Below are positions 1-11,229 of a DNA stretch of 64,000 bases, piece after piece. Origin of the DNA: Torpedo marmorata (taxonomy: Eukaryota); assembly GCA_977017645.1 (NCBI GenBank), contig OZ360243.1, positions 48,856,001-48,920,000 of the forward strand, given 5' to 3'. The position numbers and the translations under genes were made by a program. The first letter of the stretch is position 1, and every line of letters starts with the position of its first letter. The notes beneath the pieces were generated by a model. That model ran no database searches. It was not told the origin of the DNA and saw only the letters and a program-made list of their open reading frames with translations.

Positions 1-630
1 GTCCGTTCGGGCAACGTCCGACCGCATATACGTCCATGGTCCCATAATTATTCAGTTACCGCGAGCAAGTCCGCAGCAATTTATAAAAAGCAATCGCTAG
101 CTATAGGAAATTGTATACTGTATACCCAAACTGATCTGACTGCCGCGCTCTCCCCACAGCCCTGTATCAGTCCCCACACTGATCCCACTGCCCCGCTCTC
201 TCCCCACAGCCCCGTGTCGGTCCCCACACTGGTCCCACTGCCCCGCTCTCTCCCCACAGCCCCGTGTCGGTCCCCACACTGATCCCACTGCACCGCTCTC
301 TCCCCACAACCCCGTGTCGGTCCCCACACTGATCCCACTGCCCCGCTCTCTCCCCACAGCCCCGTGTCGGTCCCCACACTGATCCCACTGCACTGCTCTC
401 TCCCCACAACCCCGTGTCGGTCCCCACACTGATCCCACTGCACCGCACTCTCCCCACAGCCCCGTGTCGGTCCCCACACTGATCCCTACTCACAAATAAA
501 AAGTTTACAGGTACACTACAGTATCCCATATAGCTTTGCTAAGTATATAATATGGTGTTCGCACAATGTCCACATCGCATAACACCCAATTTCACAGAAT
601 GTATCGTGGACGTTAAGCGGCGCATACCTG
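1..630. mobile_element. Tigger/pogo-like (Tigger3/MER7-like) non-autonomous DNA transposon, left end cut by the window edge
   Basis: 1-50 (CGTTCGGGCAACGTCCGACCGCATATACGTCCATGGTCCCATAA) and 553-630 (GTTCGCACAA...GAATGTATCGTGGACGTTAAGCGGCGCATACCTG) resemble the two subterminal ends of Tigger3/MER7-type MITEs as recalled; not database-checked. Confidence 0.6.
141..486. repeat. 50-bp minisatellite, ~7 copies, inside the MITE
   Basis: Unit CCCCGCTCTCTCCCCACAGCCCCGTGTCGGTCCCCACACTGATCCCACTG recurs at 191, 241, 291, 341, 391 and 441. Confidence 0.95.
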
Positions 631-812
631 TGTACAAACTCCTTACAGACAGCGCGGGACTCGAACCCCGGTCCCGATCGCTGGCGCTGTAAAGGTTGAA
701 TCTGCCGCCGTTAGTACAAACTCCTTACAGACAGGGCGGGACTCGAACCCCGGACCCGATCACTGGCGCTGTAAAGGCGTTGCGCTAACTGCTACGTTAA
801 CCATGCCGCCCC
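631..812 (-). mobile_element. tRNA-derived V-SINE/HE1-like SINE 5' part, partly duplicated
   Basis: Reverse strand reads GGGCGGCATGGTTAACGTAGC...GGGGTTCGAGTCCC...CTGTCTGTAAGGAGTTTGTAC (A/B-box-like head); same family as 6951, 18235 and 56016. Confidence 0.75.
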
Positions 813-952
813 ACAGTATTATGTCCTGTTTTAAGCTTTGTTCTTCCTTTGATATGTTTACATAGGGGGTTCCCTTAGGGCTCAATTTCTGTTTTCCAGC
901 ATTTTATGTGGTCCGGCAATGGCCAGGTCCCAACGTTGCTGGATTAAAGAGG

Positions 953-2110
953 TACAACCTGTACTATTTTTTTGAGGAGATAACAAACAGGATTGACAGG
1001 GGAGAAGCAGTGGATGTTGTGTACTTGGACTTTCAAAAGGCCTTCAACAAGGTGCCACATATGAGGCTGCTTAACAAGATGAGAGCTCATGGAATTACAG
1101 GAAGGATACTAGCATGGGTAGAGCATTGGTTAATAGGCAGGAAACAGAAAGTGAGAATAAGGGGATCCTATTCGGGTTGGTTGCCTGTTACTAGTGGCGT
1201 TCCGCAGGAGTCAGTGTTTGGGCTGCTTTTTTTTGCGTTGTATATAAATGATTTGGATAAGGAATAGATAGCTTTGTGGCTAAATTTGCGGATGACATCA
1301 AAATAGGTGCTGAGGACACGGGAAGGCTGCAGAGAGACTTGGATAGATTAGGAGAATGGGCAAAGAGATGGCAGATGAAATACAATGTTGGGAAGTGTAC
1401 AGACACTTTGGTACAAGAAATAGACAGGCAGACTATTATTTAGATGGGGAGAAAATTCAAAATTTGGAGGTGCAAATGGACTTGGGAGTCCTCGTGCAGG
1501 ATACCCTGAAGGTTAACCTCTAGGTTGAGTCGGCAGTGAAGAAAGCAAATGCAATGTTGGCATTAATTTCTAGAGGAATAGCATACAAGAGCAGGGATGT
1601 AATGTTGAGACTCTATAGGTGCTGGTGAGACCTCACTTGGAGTACTGTGTACAGTTTTGGCGCCTTATTTGAGAAAGGATGTGGTAGCATTGGAGAGGGT
1701 TCAGAGAAGATTTACTAGAATGATTCCAGGAATGAAAAGGTTAGCATATGAGGAACATTTGTCGGCTCTTGGACTATACTCGTTGGAGTACAGAAGGATG
1801 AGGGGGGACCTCATCGAGACATTTCAAATGTTGAAAGGCCTGGACAGAGTAGATGTTACAGAAATGCGAAGAAATTTCTTTAGCCAGAGGGTCGTGAGTC
1901 TGTGGAACTTGTTGCCACTGGTGGCAGTGGAAACGAGGTCTTTGGGTGTATTTAAGACAGAAATTGACAGGTATTTGATCAGTCAGGGCATCAAGGGTTA
2001 TGGGGAGAAGCCTGAGGAGTGGGGTTGAGTGATAAGGATCAGCTCATGATTAAATGGCAGAGCAGACCCGATGGGCCAATTGGCCTACTTCTGCTCTTAT
2101 AATCTTTTGA
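953..2110 (+). mobile_element. CR1-clade LINE, 5'-truncated, decayed RT and 3' end
   Basis: Translations FFEEITNRIDRGEAVDVVYLDFQKAFNKVPH and LERVQRRFTRMIPG..RNFFSQRVV; frameshifts and stops. Confidence 0.92.
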
Positions 2111-2385
2111 TCTCTTTCCAATACCTCCATTTGTATCAGCCCTCAAGAGCATTCATGCTTGCAAACTTGAACTTGGTCAATTTAGACTTGATTTAGTCAT
2201 TGAACCCCAGTATTGCTGTTCACATCTTCCTGCAGACCATTCCCAATCTAATCTTTCCAGGGCATTTGTATGAGGATAGGTTTCTCCATGATCTTATGCA
2301 GAACCCACTAGCTTACACACAAGTCTAATATTGTGTCAACAAGCTGTCTGTCGCTAACAGGAGACTCTTTTTGTTGTGTGCCCAG

Positions 2386-2520
2386 TGTGAAGGATTAATC
2401 ACTGAGCTGAGAGCGCTAGAGGAGAGATACAGGAACAGCCAACAGGAGCGCAGCCAGCTGGAGTTACAGCTCAGGCAGTACAAGGAGGAAATCTGCAAAC
2501 TGAAAGGAGCATCTTGTCAG
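2386..2520 (+). CDS. ccdc136: CCDC136-like internal coiled-coil exon (CEGLITELRALEERYRNSQQERSQLELQLRQYKEEICKLKGASCQ)
   Basis: Acceptor ...TTGTTGTGTGCCCAG|, donor CAG|GTAAGT, 135 nt phase 0-0, heptad-like E/Q/L/K-rich peptide; joins in frame to the exon at 9734. Confidence 0.75.
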
Positions 2521-3169
2521 GTAAGTTGGTGAGAGGTAAAGCACTGAGGCTTTAGGTGGGGGACAGAAGGTTACAAAACACAACAGCCATTAAAGTTAAT
2601 GTGCACATCCTTGCCACTCTTGCAGTCAACCCCCGGAAAATGGTCACACTTCATTTTTCTGCAGTTAGCCGATATCTTAAGCTGAAGGAAGAAATCTGGT
2701 CCTCATCAAGAGAGCAGCAAGAGGGGCATGTACTGTCCAATACACTACTGGACAATGAATAAACGTTATTATTTCCTTGCTAAACTAGTGACACCAACTG
2801 GAAGTGAACAGTGTCCTACCAATGACCACGGGATTGGACGTAAGCTGTTATATGTGAACGGATAATCCATTTAAGGAATTAACCTGCACATTAACAAGTC
2901 TTGCAGTGCTAGGTCTTCCATTTCGAGCTGTTTCGAGTGATTTCCCACTACTGCCTGCAGCAGTTTACATGGGCTGCAATTGGATCAGAATTGGAAAAGT
3001 TCGTGTTTTAGATTGATCCTGGAATATAGGGATAGTTCCTCTATTTAGACAGAGAAATGTTGGAGAAAAAGGACAGATAGAGTTCTGCTAGCAAGTGGAG
3101 AAGAACCCAATCTTATTAAGATCATAATAATAGTCTACAAAATCAAAATGCAAAAGCTGGTTGACATCT

Positions 3170-3264
3170 CGAAGTAGAAACAGGAGATGCTGGAAATAGC
3201 AAATCAAACAGTTCCAATGCAGAAAGATAGAGTTAATGTTTCAAGTTGATAACCTCTCATCAGG
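3170..3264 (-). mobile_element. Penelope-like pLTR-derived fragment with degenerate hammerhead core
   Basis: Minus strand CTGATGAGAGGTTATCAACTTGAAACATT followed by ...TTTCCAGCATCTCCTG, matching the repeat family found at the end of the PLE at 6760-6845. Confidence 0.5.
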
Positions 3265-3859
3265 CTGCAGCACTCCTACTGTCCTTGTTGTTGCCTATTG
3301 TGTGTGTATGTACTGCAGAATGTTTCTCCTTACGGGGCACAGAGAATGATTCGTGTTGAATTGAAGCACAGGGGAATTCTACTCTGCTTCAAAATGAGAG
3401 AACTGAGGATCTGACTGAAGTACTATCGATTCCAAGGAACTTCTGAAAAGGAAAAGTTCAGCAGATCCTTTTTCCATCATCTGGCAGCTTTCTGTATTAC
3501 AATTGATTCTGGATCAGTAGAAAACTCCATCAAGCACTGAGCTAGGGAGTTGTCAGGGGGATGGGAGGATATGTGGGAGTAATAACATTTTCTGCCCAGA
3601 GTCAGACCTTCGGCTTGAAGCAGGATTATAAATGTGGTACAACTTCTTTCTCCGTGACATGATTGACTAACTCCACCCATGTGGAACTGTGGACTCTTTG
3701 AAATGATATATTAAGACTTTGTAAATTTGCAGACTAGATCCATTGATGGGAAACCAGCGATACAGATTTAAGATTATTGCAAACAGTCCAGAGGGAAATT
3801 AAGGAGGAAATTTGTAGCATCTGAGGAGGGAGAAATGTGTAACTATATTTTTGGATTAC

Positions 3860-4455
3860 ACTGTGTCGAAGGGTGGTGGGGATAATTCAATGCTTTTTTT
3901 TTTTTAACACCCCTCCCCCTTCCAATGCTTTTAAAAGTGCATTGCATAAAAGCCCCAGAAGGAAAAGTTTGGTAAGCTATGGGCAAGAATGGAAAATGAT
4001 TGGAGTCACGAAGGTTGTCTAAGGATACGGCTGGAGAGTTGGAATGATGGCAGATGGAATTTAATCAAGACAAATGTAAGATAATGCACTTTGGGAAGTC
4101 AAATTCTGATAGGACATATAGTGGGGACCTTCGAAGCATTGATGTACAGGGGAACCTGGAATGGAAGTCCATAGCCTACAACACAGGTAGATGGGGTAGT
4201 GAAGAAGACATTTGATTTGCTTACCTTCATAGGCTGAGGCATTGAGTATAAGAGTTTGTATGTCAAGTTGCACCTGTGCAAAGCATTAGATACACTGCAT
4301 TTGGATTACAACTTTTAAAAGGCATTAGGACAGGTACTTAAGTAGGAGAGGCATTGAGGGAAATGGTCCTACTGCATTCAAACAGATTAGTGTTGGTAGG
4401 CATCATAGTCAGCATGGATGAATGGTCTAAAATTGCTGTCCAATTCTATGATTCT
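3860..4455 (+). mobile_element. Old CR1 LINE fragments
   Basis: W-Q-M-E-F-N...K-C..H-F-G coding pattern at 4045-4100 and a CR1-like 3' end; boundaries approximate. Confidence 0.65.
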
Positions 4456-5759
4456 GAGCTGACACATCCTGGCATTCTGCGAATGTAAGAACAACTTGTC
4501 CCTATACACTTCCCTAAATGAATGTACTAATTAATAAGCGCGGAATTGGGAAGGAGGAGAAATAACAGAAACACTTACTGAAGGGAGAAAACACAGGCAT
4601 GGACACTTTAAAAGTAAAACTGAGAAGATTTCTGAGAACTGGTGGAATTCTAGTTCAACATAATAGGAACAAAATGACCTGTAGACAGAGGTTGGGGCCT
4701 CATGCACACAGAGTCAGAGATGGGGAACCAAATTGTGCAGAGATGGGGTAAGAAAGGGGCTGAAGTATTTAACGTTGAGGACAAGGAGTTAAAATTAAGT
4801 ATGATGTATGGAAGATCTAGGCAGTCTAAGTGATGGAACAGATCTAGAGCTTGAAACTTTGCACTATTTCACTGGGATATCTAGATTTTGTAAGGTTTAG
4901 TTCAACGTTGGGCAGGACAAAGTCAGCAAAGAAACAATCCTTGTGGTGAGGCTGCAAACATTGCTGTTAATGTTCTGGCTTTTTGTTATGACTAATGGGA
5001 GATTTGATGAGACAACTAATTTTGAGCACACAAAGGTGGTTGTATGATTGATAGGATTACAATAGGTATTCAGCCAATAAGCAGAAATTAAATTGCAGTA
5101 TAGGTGATAATTTACCATCTTGATGTTAAATAATTTGTTCTGATTACAGTGTAATGATGAAGGTCAATGAAAGCACTACAGTGTGGTTTAACAAATCTAT
5201 TTTTACCATTTGCATTCATGTTTTCAGCATTTAGCTGATAACGTGAACACTTCTACCTCACTTGGTTATACCCCTATACTGGTGGATTGTAGCATACTTC
5301 TCTGGGATACTTTGTTTCTCATGGGATGTGTGTGTTGAATCTATAGTTAATTTATCTATAGTGCTAGTATAATCAACTCTTAATATAATATAATCTTTCT
5401 GCATTTTACTATTCCCCTCAGTTGAAAGAGTTGAGTGATTATCCAACAGCTGAGCCACAATTTACAAGACGTTTAAATTGAAAGATACAGCACGGTAACA
5501 GACCCTTCCAGCCAATGTGCCCATGCTGCCAAAATAAACCCATGTGACCAATTAACCCAGCAACCCTGTACATCTTTGGAACTTCTATTCCTCTTTTCAG
5601 GTATCAGAGATCGCAAACTTTAATGATTCTTGAATTCCATCATCCTTCTGGATCTTCCACTGCTTTCCTATCTCTCTCCTTAGTCTTATCCATTGTCATT
5701 TTTTCACTATCCCTTTTGACCTGAACGATCAGTCATGAGTCAAAGCCTCAACTTCATCC

Positions 5760-6845
5760 TCTATATCCCTAACTCAATGAATTCTGCCACCTTCACTTTG
5801 CTACCAGTTTCCACCCTGCTCTCACTTTCACTTCCCCTGCCTTTCTCAACTTCTCAATTCCGGGGATTGATGAGTGACCAGTATCCCTTACAAGTCCATG
5901 GAATCCCACAACAATTTCAACTATGTCTCCTCAAACCCTGCTTCCCTGCAAGGAGTCCATTCCATTTTCAAGGCTTCTCCAGCTCAGTTGTATCTGTTCT
6001 GATGATGATGCTGCTTTCCTTGCCAATGCTTCTGAGACTTCTTCCTTTCTCCTCAACATGGTTTCCCTTCACTCACAATCAACGGTTGTCAACTGCTCCT
6101 GTTCGCTTACCAGTAGTTCTGCTCTTATCCTCAATTCTTCCAGGAGAGGGTTCCCTTTATTTTCAACTTTGTCCGGACCAGCCTCCATATTCAATGGATC
6201 ATCCTCTGTAATTTCTACTACCTTCAATACAATGCCATCACCAGATGCATTTACCCTCCCCTCTCCTTATAACATTCAGAAGGACATGTTCCCTCTGCAA
6301 AACTGGTTGACTCTTCCATTTCCACCAACCACTATTCTCTTTCTCAGTGCACCTTCCCATGCAACTTGCCCTTCTACCTTTTCCCTTTCCACCATCCAAG
6401 AACCCAAGTACTCCTTCCAGGTGCAAACTATAATCTAATTGTGCTGTTTTCAATTAAAAATTCTAAATTGGATGATCACAATTTTTATCTGCTCTATATT
6501 GGAAAAATAAATGCAGATTGAGTTATAGATTTGCAGAACACGGACATTCACTTGGTGAGGTGACACAATCGCCTTTCAATTTAATTCTCCATCTCATTCC
6601 CACTCTGCCATTAGCCTCTTCCATTGTTCAGTGAAGTTAAATGTAAATGTAAAGAACTGAATCTAAACTTCCAATGAGGCATATTTTGGCCCTCAGGACA
6701 TCACGCTAAACTTATCATTTCAGATAACTGTCCTTTCTATTTTGTGTCAGAAGTAGCCTGTTCTGATGAAAGATAATCTCTCCACAGACGCTGCCTGATC
6801 TGACGAGTATTTAATTTCTTTTATTTCAGATTTCCAGTAGCTGTA
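5760..6845 (+). mobile_element. Decayed Penelope-like retroelement (RT C-terminal region plus GIY-YIG endonuclease remnant and pLTR end)
   Basis: Peptide CKESIPFSRLLQLSCICSDDDAAFLANASETSSF resembles the PLE SIPYSQFLRLRRICS motif; 6490-6545 encodes LLYIG...RFAEH (GIY-YIG); frameshifted. Confidence 0.75.
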
Positions 6846-6950
6846 CCATTATGTATCTCACAGTTCCACATTTATTTTATTCTCTATTCTGTTTTCATTC
6901 TTTGCCTTGTATTTGCATTTCTTCCAGAAAGGTCAGCTGTGATTGACAAA

Positions 6951-7170
6951 GGAGGCACAGTTAGCGTAGCAGTTAGCACAACGCTGTTACAGCTCCAGCG
7001 ACGGGCTCGAATCTGGCGCTGTCTGTAAGGAGTTTGTATGTTCTCCCTGTGTCTGTGTGAGTTTTCTCCGGGTGCTCTGGTTTCCTCCCATCCTTCAAAA
7101 CATACCGAGGATGTACGTCAATTACCAAAAGGGCCTGATACTGTGCTGTACGTCTAAATTTAAATTTAAA
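6951..7170 (+). mobile_element. V-SINE/HE1-like SINE
   Basis: tRNA-like head, V-domain core GTCTGTAAGGAGTTTGTATGTTCTCCCTGTGTCTG...CCGGGTGCTCTGGTTTCCTCCCA, (TTTAAA)n tail. Confidence 0.8.
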
Positions 7171-8050
7171 GGCTCAGCTGGTACCACCACCAATTATATT
7201 AATCAATCTCTCTTTCTCAACTCTATTGTAGACATTTCCACTTCTCCCCTCTCTCTGCAACTTAAAACATGTTTAATTTCTGTCTTTCCCTCATTTTGAT
7301 GAAAAGTTGTCAACCTGAAATGTTGACTACTGTATTTCTTTCTCCATAGACACTGCTTGACTTACTTACTGAGTATTCCAGCATGTTCTGTTTTTATGAC
7401 AAGTTGAACTTTTGTTGGATGAAATTATTAATCTTTCTAAATCTTTGAAATTTTACTCCTCATTGACTTTTTGCTTTGGTAAATCTGCTTCTAAAGTTCT
7501 TCACCTGTTGTAACTGTCTGGCTTGTCTACAAACCTAATCTTACCAGAACCATCTTCAAAACTAATTTAGACTTTGGCAAAACCTGACTTAAATAGTTCT
7601 TACAGGATGGGATTATTAATAAAGAGCGTAGATAGTCAATTCTATCTCATGGGTGTTTTAGAGGTGTCATTTAGCTGGGGAGAAATGTGTCCAAGGCAAA
7701 TGATTACCTGATTGGTATTAAAACAACAATTAATGCTCCATTTCATATCAGGACATGGCTGTCAGTTGCCTCCCAGGCCTGTTTCTTGCTTGGTCCGACT
7801 CAGTTGCCAGACCCAGGGAGACTGAAAGGAGCCCTTCTGGAAGGTATAAGGGACTGTTGGAAAAGGATGACGTCCTTAATAAAAATGTTATGTGATTGTG
7901 AAAAAAGAAATGGGAAGGGCTGTGTTGCAGAAGCTATAAGGGGCGGCTAGGGAAGGAGAAAAACTCATTTCTAAAAAAGGGGCTGAATTTGCACAGAGCT
8001 TCAGGGTTTAAGCAGGGAAAGAAAAGGTCCCCTTTCCTTCTATTATGGAA

Positions 8051-8168
8051 TGGGGAATATGAGAAAGTCCAGGGGCTTGTAGTAGGGAATAAGTCGGTAT
8101 TTATAAAAGTTGGGAATATGGGAAAGTCCAGGGGCTTGTAGTAGGGAATAAGTCGGTATTTATAAAAG
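8051..8168. repeat. 59-bp direct tandem duplication
   Basis: GGGAATATG(A/G)GAAAGTCCAGGGGCTTGTAGTAGGGAATAAGTCGGTATTTATAAAAG occurs twice in succession. Confidence 0.9.
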
Positions 8169-8812
8169 AGTGCCTAGGGAGTGAGAGATTCCTGTAGAGT
8201 GCAATAAAGGCATAGGAACTCTCAGAATAACATTGCCAAATGTGAAAGGCTTTTGTAAAGAAGATGGAGCATGATCCTTATGAATGGTATAAAGGTCAGT
8301 GGGAAATGAAAGGTTATGACGGTGTGGGCTTTTGAGAGGATGCAATAAGGCCAAGGTAAAGATGTAAAAATTACTGAAAGGAAAAATGTGAGAAATAAAG
8401 GAATGACTGAGGAAGACACACAGTAGGGGATAAGAGACTGAATGAGGAAGATCTTTCTGGAGGATTGAAGAGAAAATGTTAACCTTCGATCTTTAAGTGA
8501 AATAGTGACTGTAGAATAAGGGGACATGGACTAATGTATTCCTTCACACACAGCGGATTGTGGGTATGAAATCTGAGCCAAAGTTTCTGGAAAAACTCAA
8601 GGGCCAGTTAAAAAAACTGAGATGATGAGGACTGATGCTTGCTTTAGATGGATGATCTAAATTCTCTTCTTCATCTATGAGTTGATCTGTTTAAATTTTT
8701 CTTCTGTGATATTAGTGTTGAAGAATTCTGTTGTTGCCTTTACTGAATTATGTCTGCTTGTCTTTGCTGGAATGAAATGTCTGTTAAATCTCAGCATGCT
8801 TCAATATTTGAA

Positions 8813-9838
<1,026 letters not shown>

Positions 9839-11126
9839 CCAGGTACTGAAGTTTTATTATCTTTGTAAACGTATTAGCAAATTTGGTCTTGGGTGACATT
9901 AAGACAGTCATGGGGATAAAGAGTGATTAGAGCAGGTTAAAGTTTGGGGCTGAGTAGGATACCATGTGGAGTTGAACAAGTTACAAACTGGGGTTGAAAA
10001 GGGAAAAGCACACTGTCTGCACCCTTTTCAGAGGAATGTAACTGTAAATCCATTAAAGTAACTAAGGAACAGGATTCCTGTGCTCTTCTTCCTTCTCTAA
10101 TCCAGGATGCACTGGACAGTGGTGATCAGGAACAAGAACACTTGGTGATTTCCCTTTACTCTACAACAGGACTCTGGACAGTAATAAGGAACAGGAATGT
10201 TGGCTGATTGCTCCTCTCTCTAACTTAGTGGTCCCAGGCCAGAGATTTACAGCAGGAACGCTGTCTGTTTTCACCTCTAACCCTGGATTGTAGTGACCCC
10301 ATTGCCCTGCTTGGGTTCAACAACCTCAGGAGAGATGAGACAAATTAAACTGGGATTGTTGTGCTGTAAAAGTTTACTTTTGTCCAGATCCCTTCTTCAC
10401 TCACTCATCCGTTTTCAATGCCATTGTGTAGTGACCATGCTGTGTGTGTCATGTTGTGACAGCTGTTTGAGATTAAAGCATATCACCAGTTGATTTATAA
10501 TTTTGTGAAAACCTATTGGAACACTGCTAATGTTCATTCTCTGCACAAAGAATGGCAGGGAGAACACAGTGACGTTCCACACAAAGCAGATTCATTGCTT
10601 TAATTCACCGGGTGCAAGTTCCTGATCTCCCCTGAGGTGGAGGAATTAGAAAGAAGCAGGAATTCTGCAGAGATCTTCGCTGGGTAACTGAGTAGGTAGT
10701 AGAAGAGGGAGGGAGGAGGACAGGATGGGGTGGAGGAAGTATCCCACGCAAACAGGGAGGGGGCAAAGTAGTGATGGGGGCAGGAGGAAGCTTTAAGAAC
10801 TGCATTGTCCCTTCCCAAAATATTCATGGTCGATCTTGGGAGGTTTATTGGTAGGGTAAGATTGGTGGTGTGAGGTAAGTTTGGCTGGTGTTTAAATATA
10901 GTATTACACTGGAGAAGAAACAAAATTCATCAGGAATGTAATTGAAAAAAAAATCACCAATTATTTTCACAGGGTGGGGGCTCTGGAAAATAATCTGCAC
11001 TGTGTTAACAGTGTGTGGGGCAGAGTGCTGTTGATGGAGAGAAGGGAGGGGGAACAGGCAGCACAGAGACTGTTAGAGTTACAGCTGGAATTTATCTGTG
11101 ACCTTTTGCTGCTTTCTTTCCTGTAG

Positions 11127-11210
11127 AGTCGAACCGGAGTGTGGATTCCATTAGAGCTGATGGTTATTGCTACAGCTGGTCATTCTTCCATGTCTCAGCC
11201 TCACTTCTGA
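11127..11210 (+). CDS. ccdc136: Probable ccdc136 terminal exon giving an alternative C-terminus (SRTGVWIPLELMVIATAGHSSMSQPHF*), possibly frameshifted
   Basis: Strong acceptor CTTTCTTTCCTGTAG|; phase 0; partial resemblance to the recalled alternative CCDC136 tail (GMWKPMVFLAIAAVALYVLP). Confidence 0.5.
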   Translation, partial: SRTGVWIPLELMVIATAGHSSMSQPHF

Positions 11211-11229
11211 CTCCTCAACAGCCAAAATG

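Noticed and set aside
81-529. Three overlapping repetitive ORFs
   Set aside because: Products of the 50-bp minisatellite
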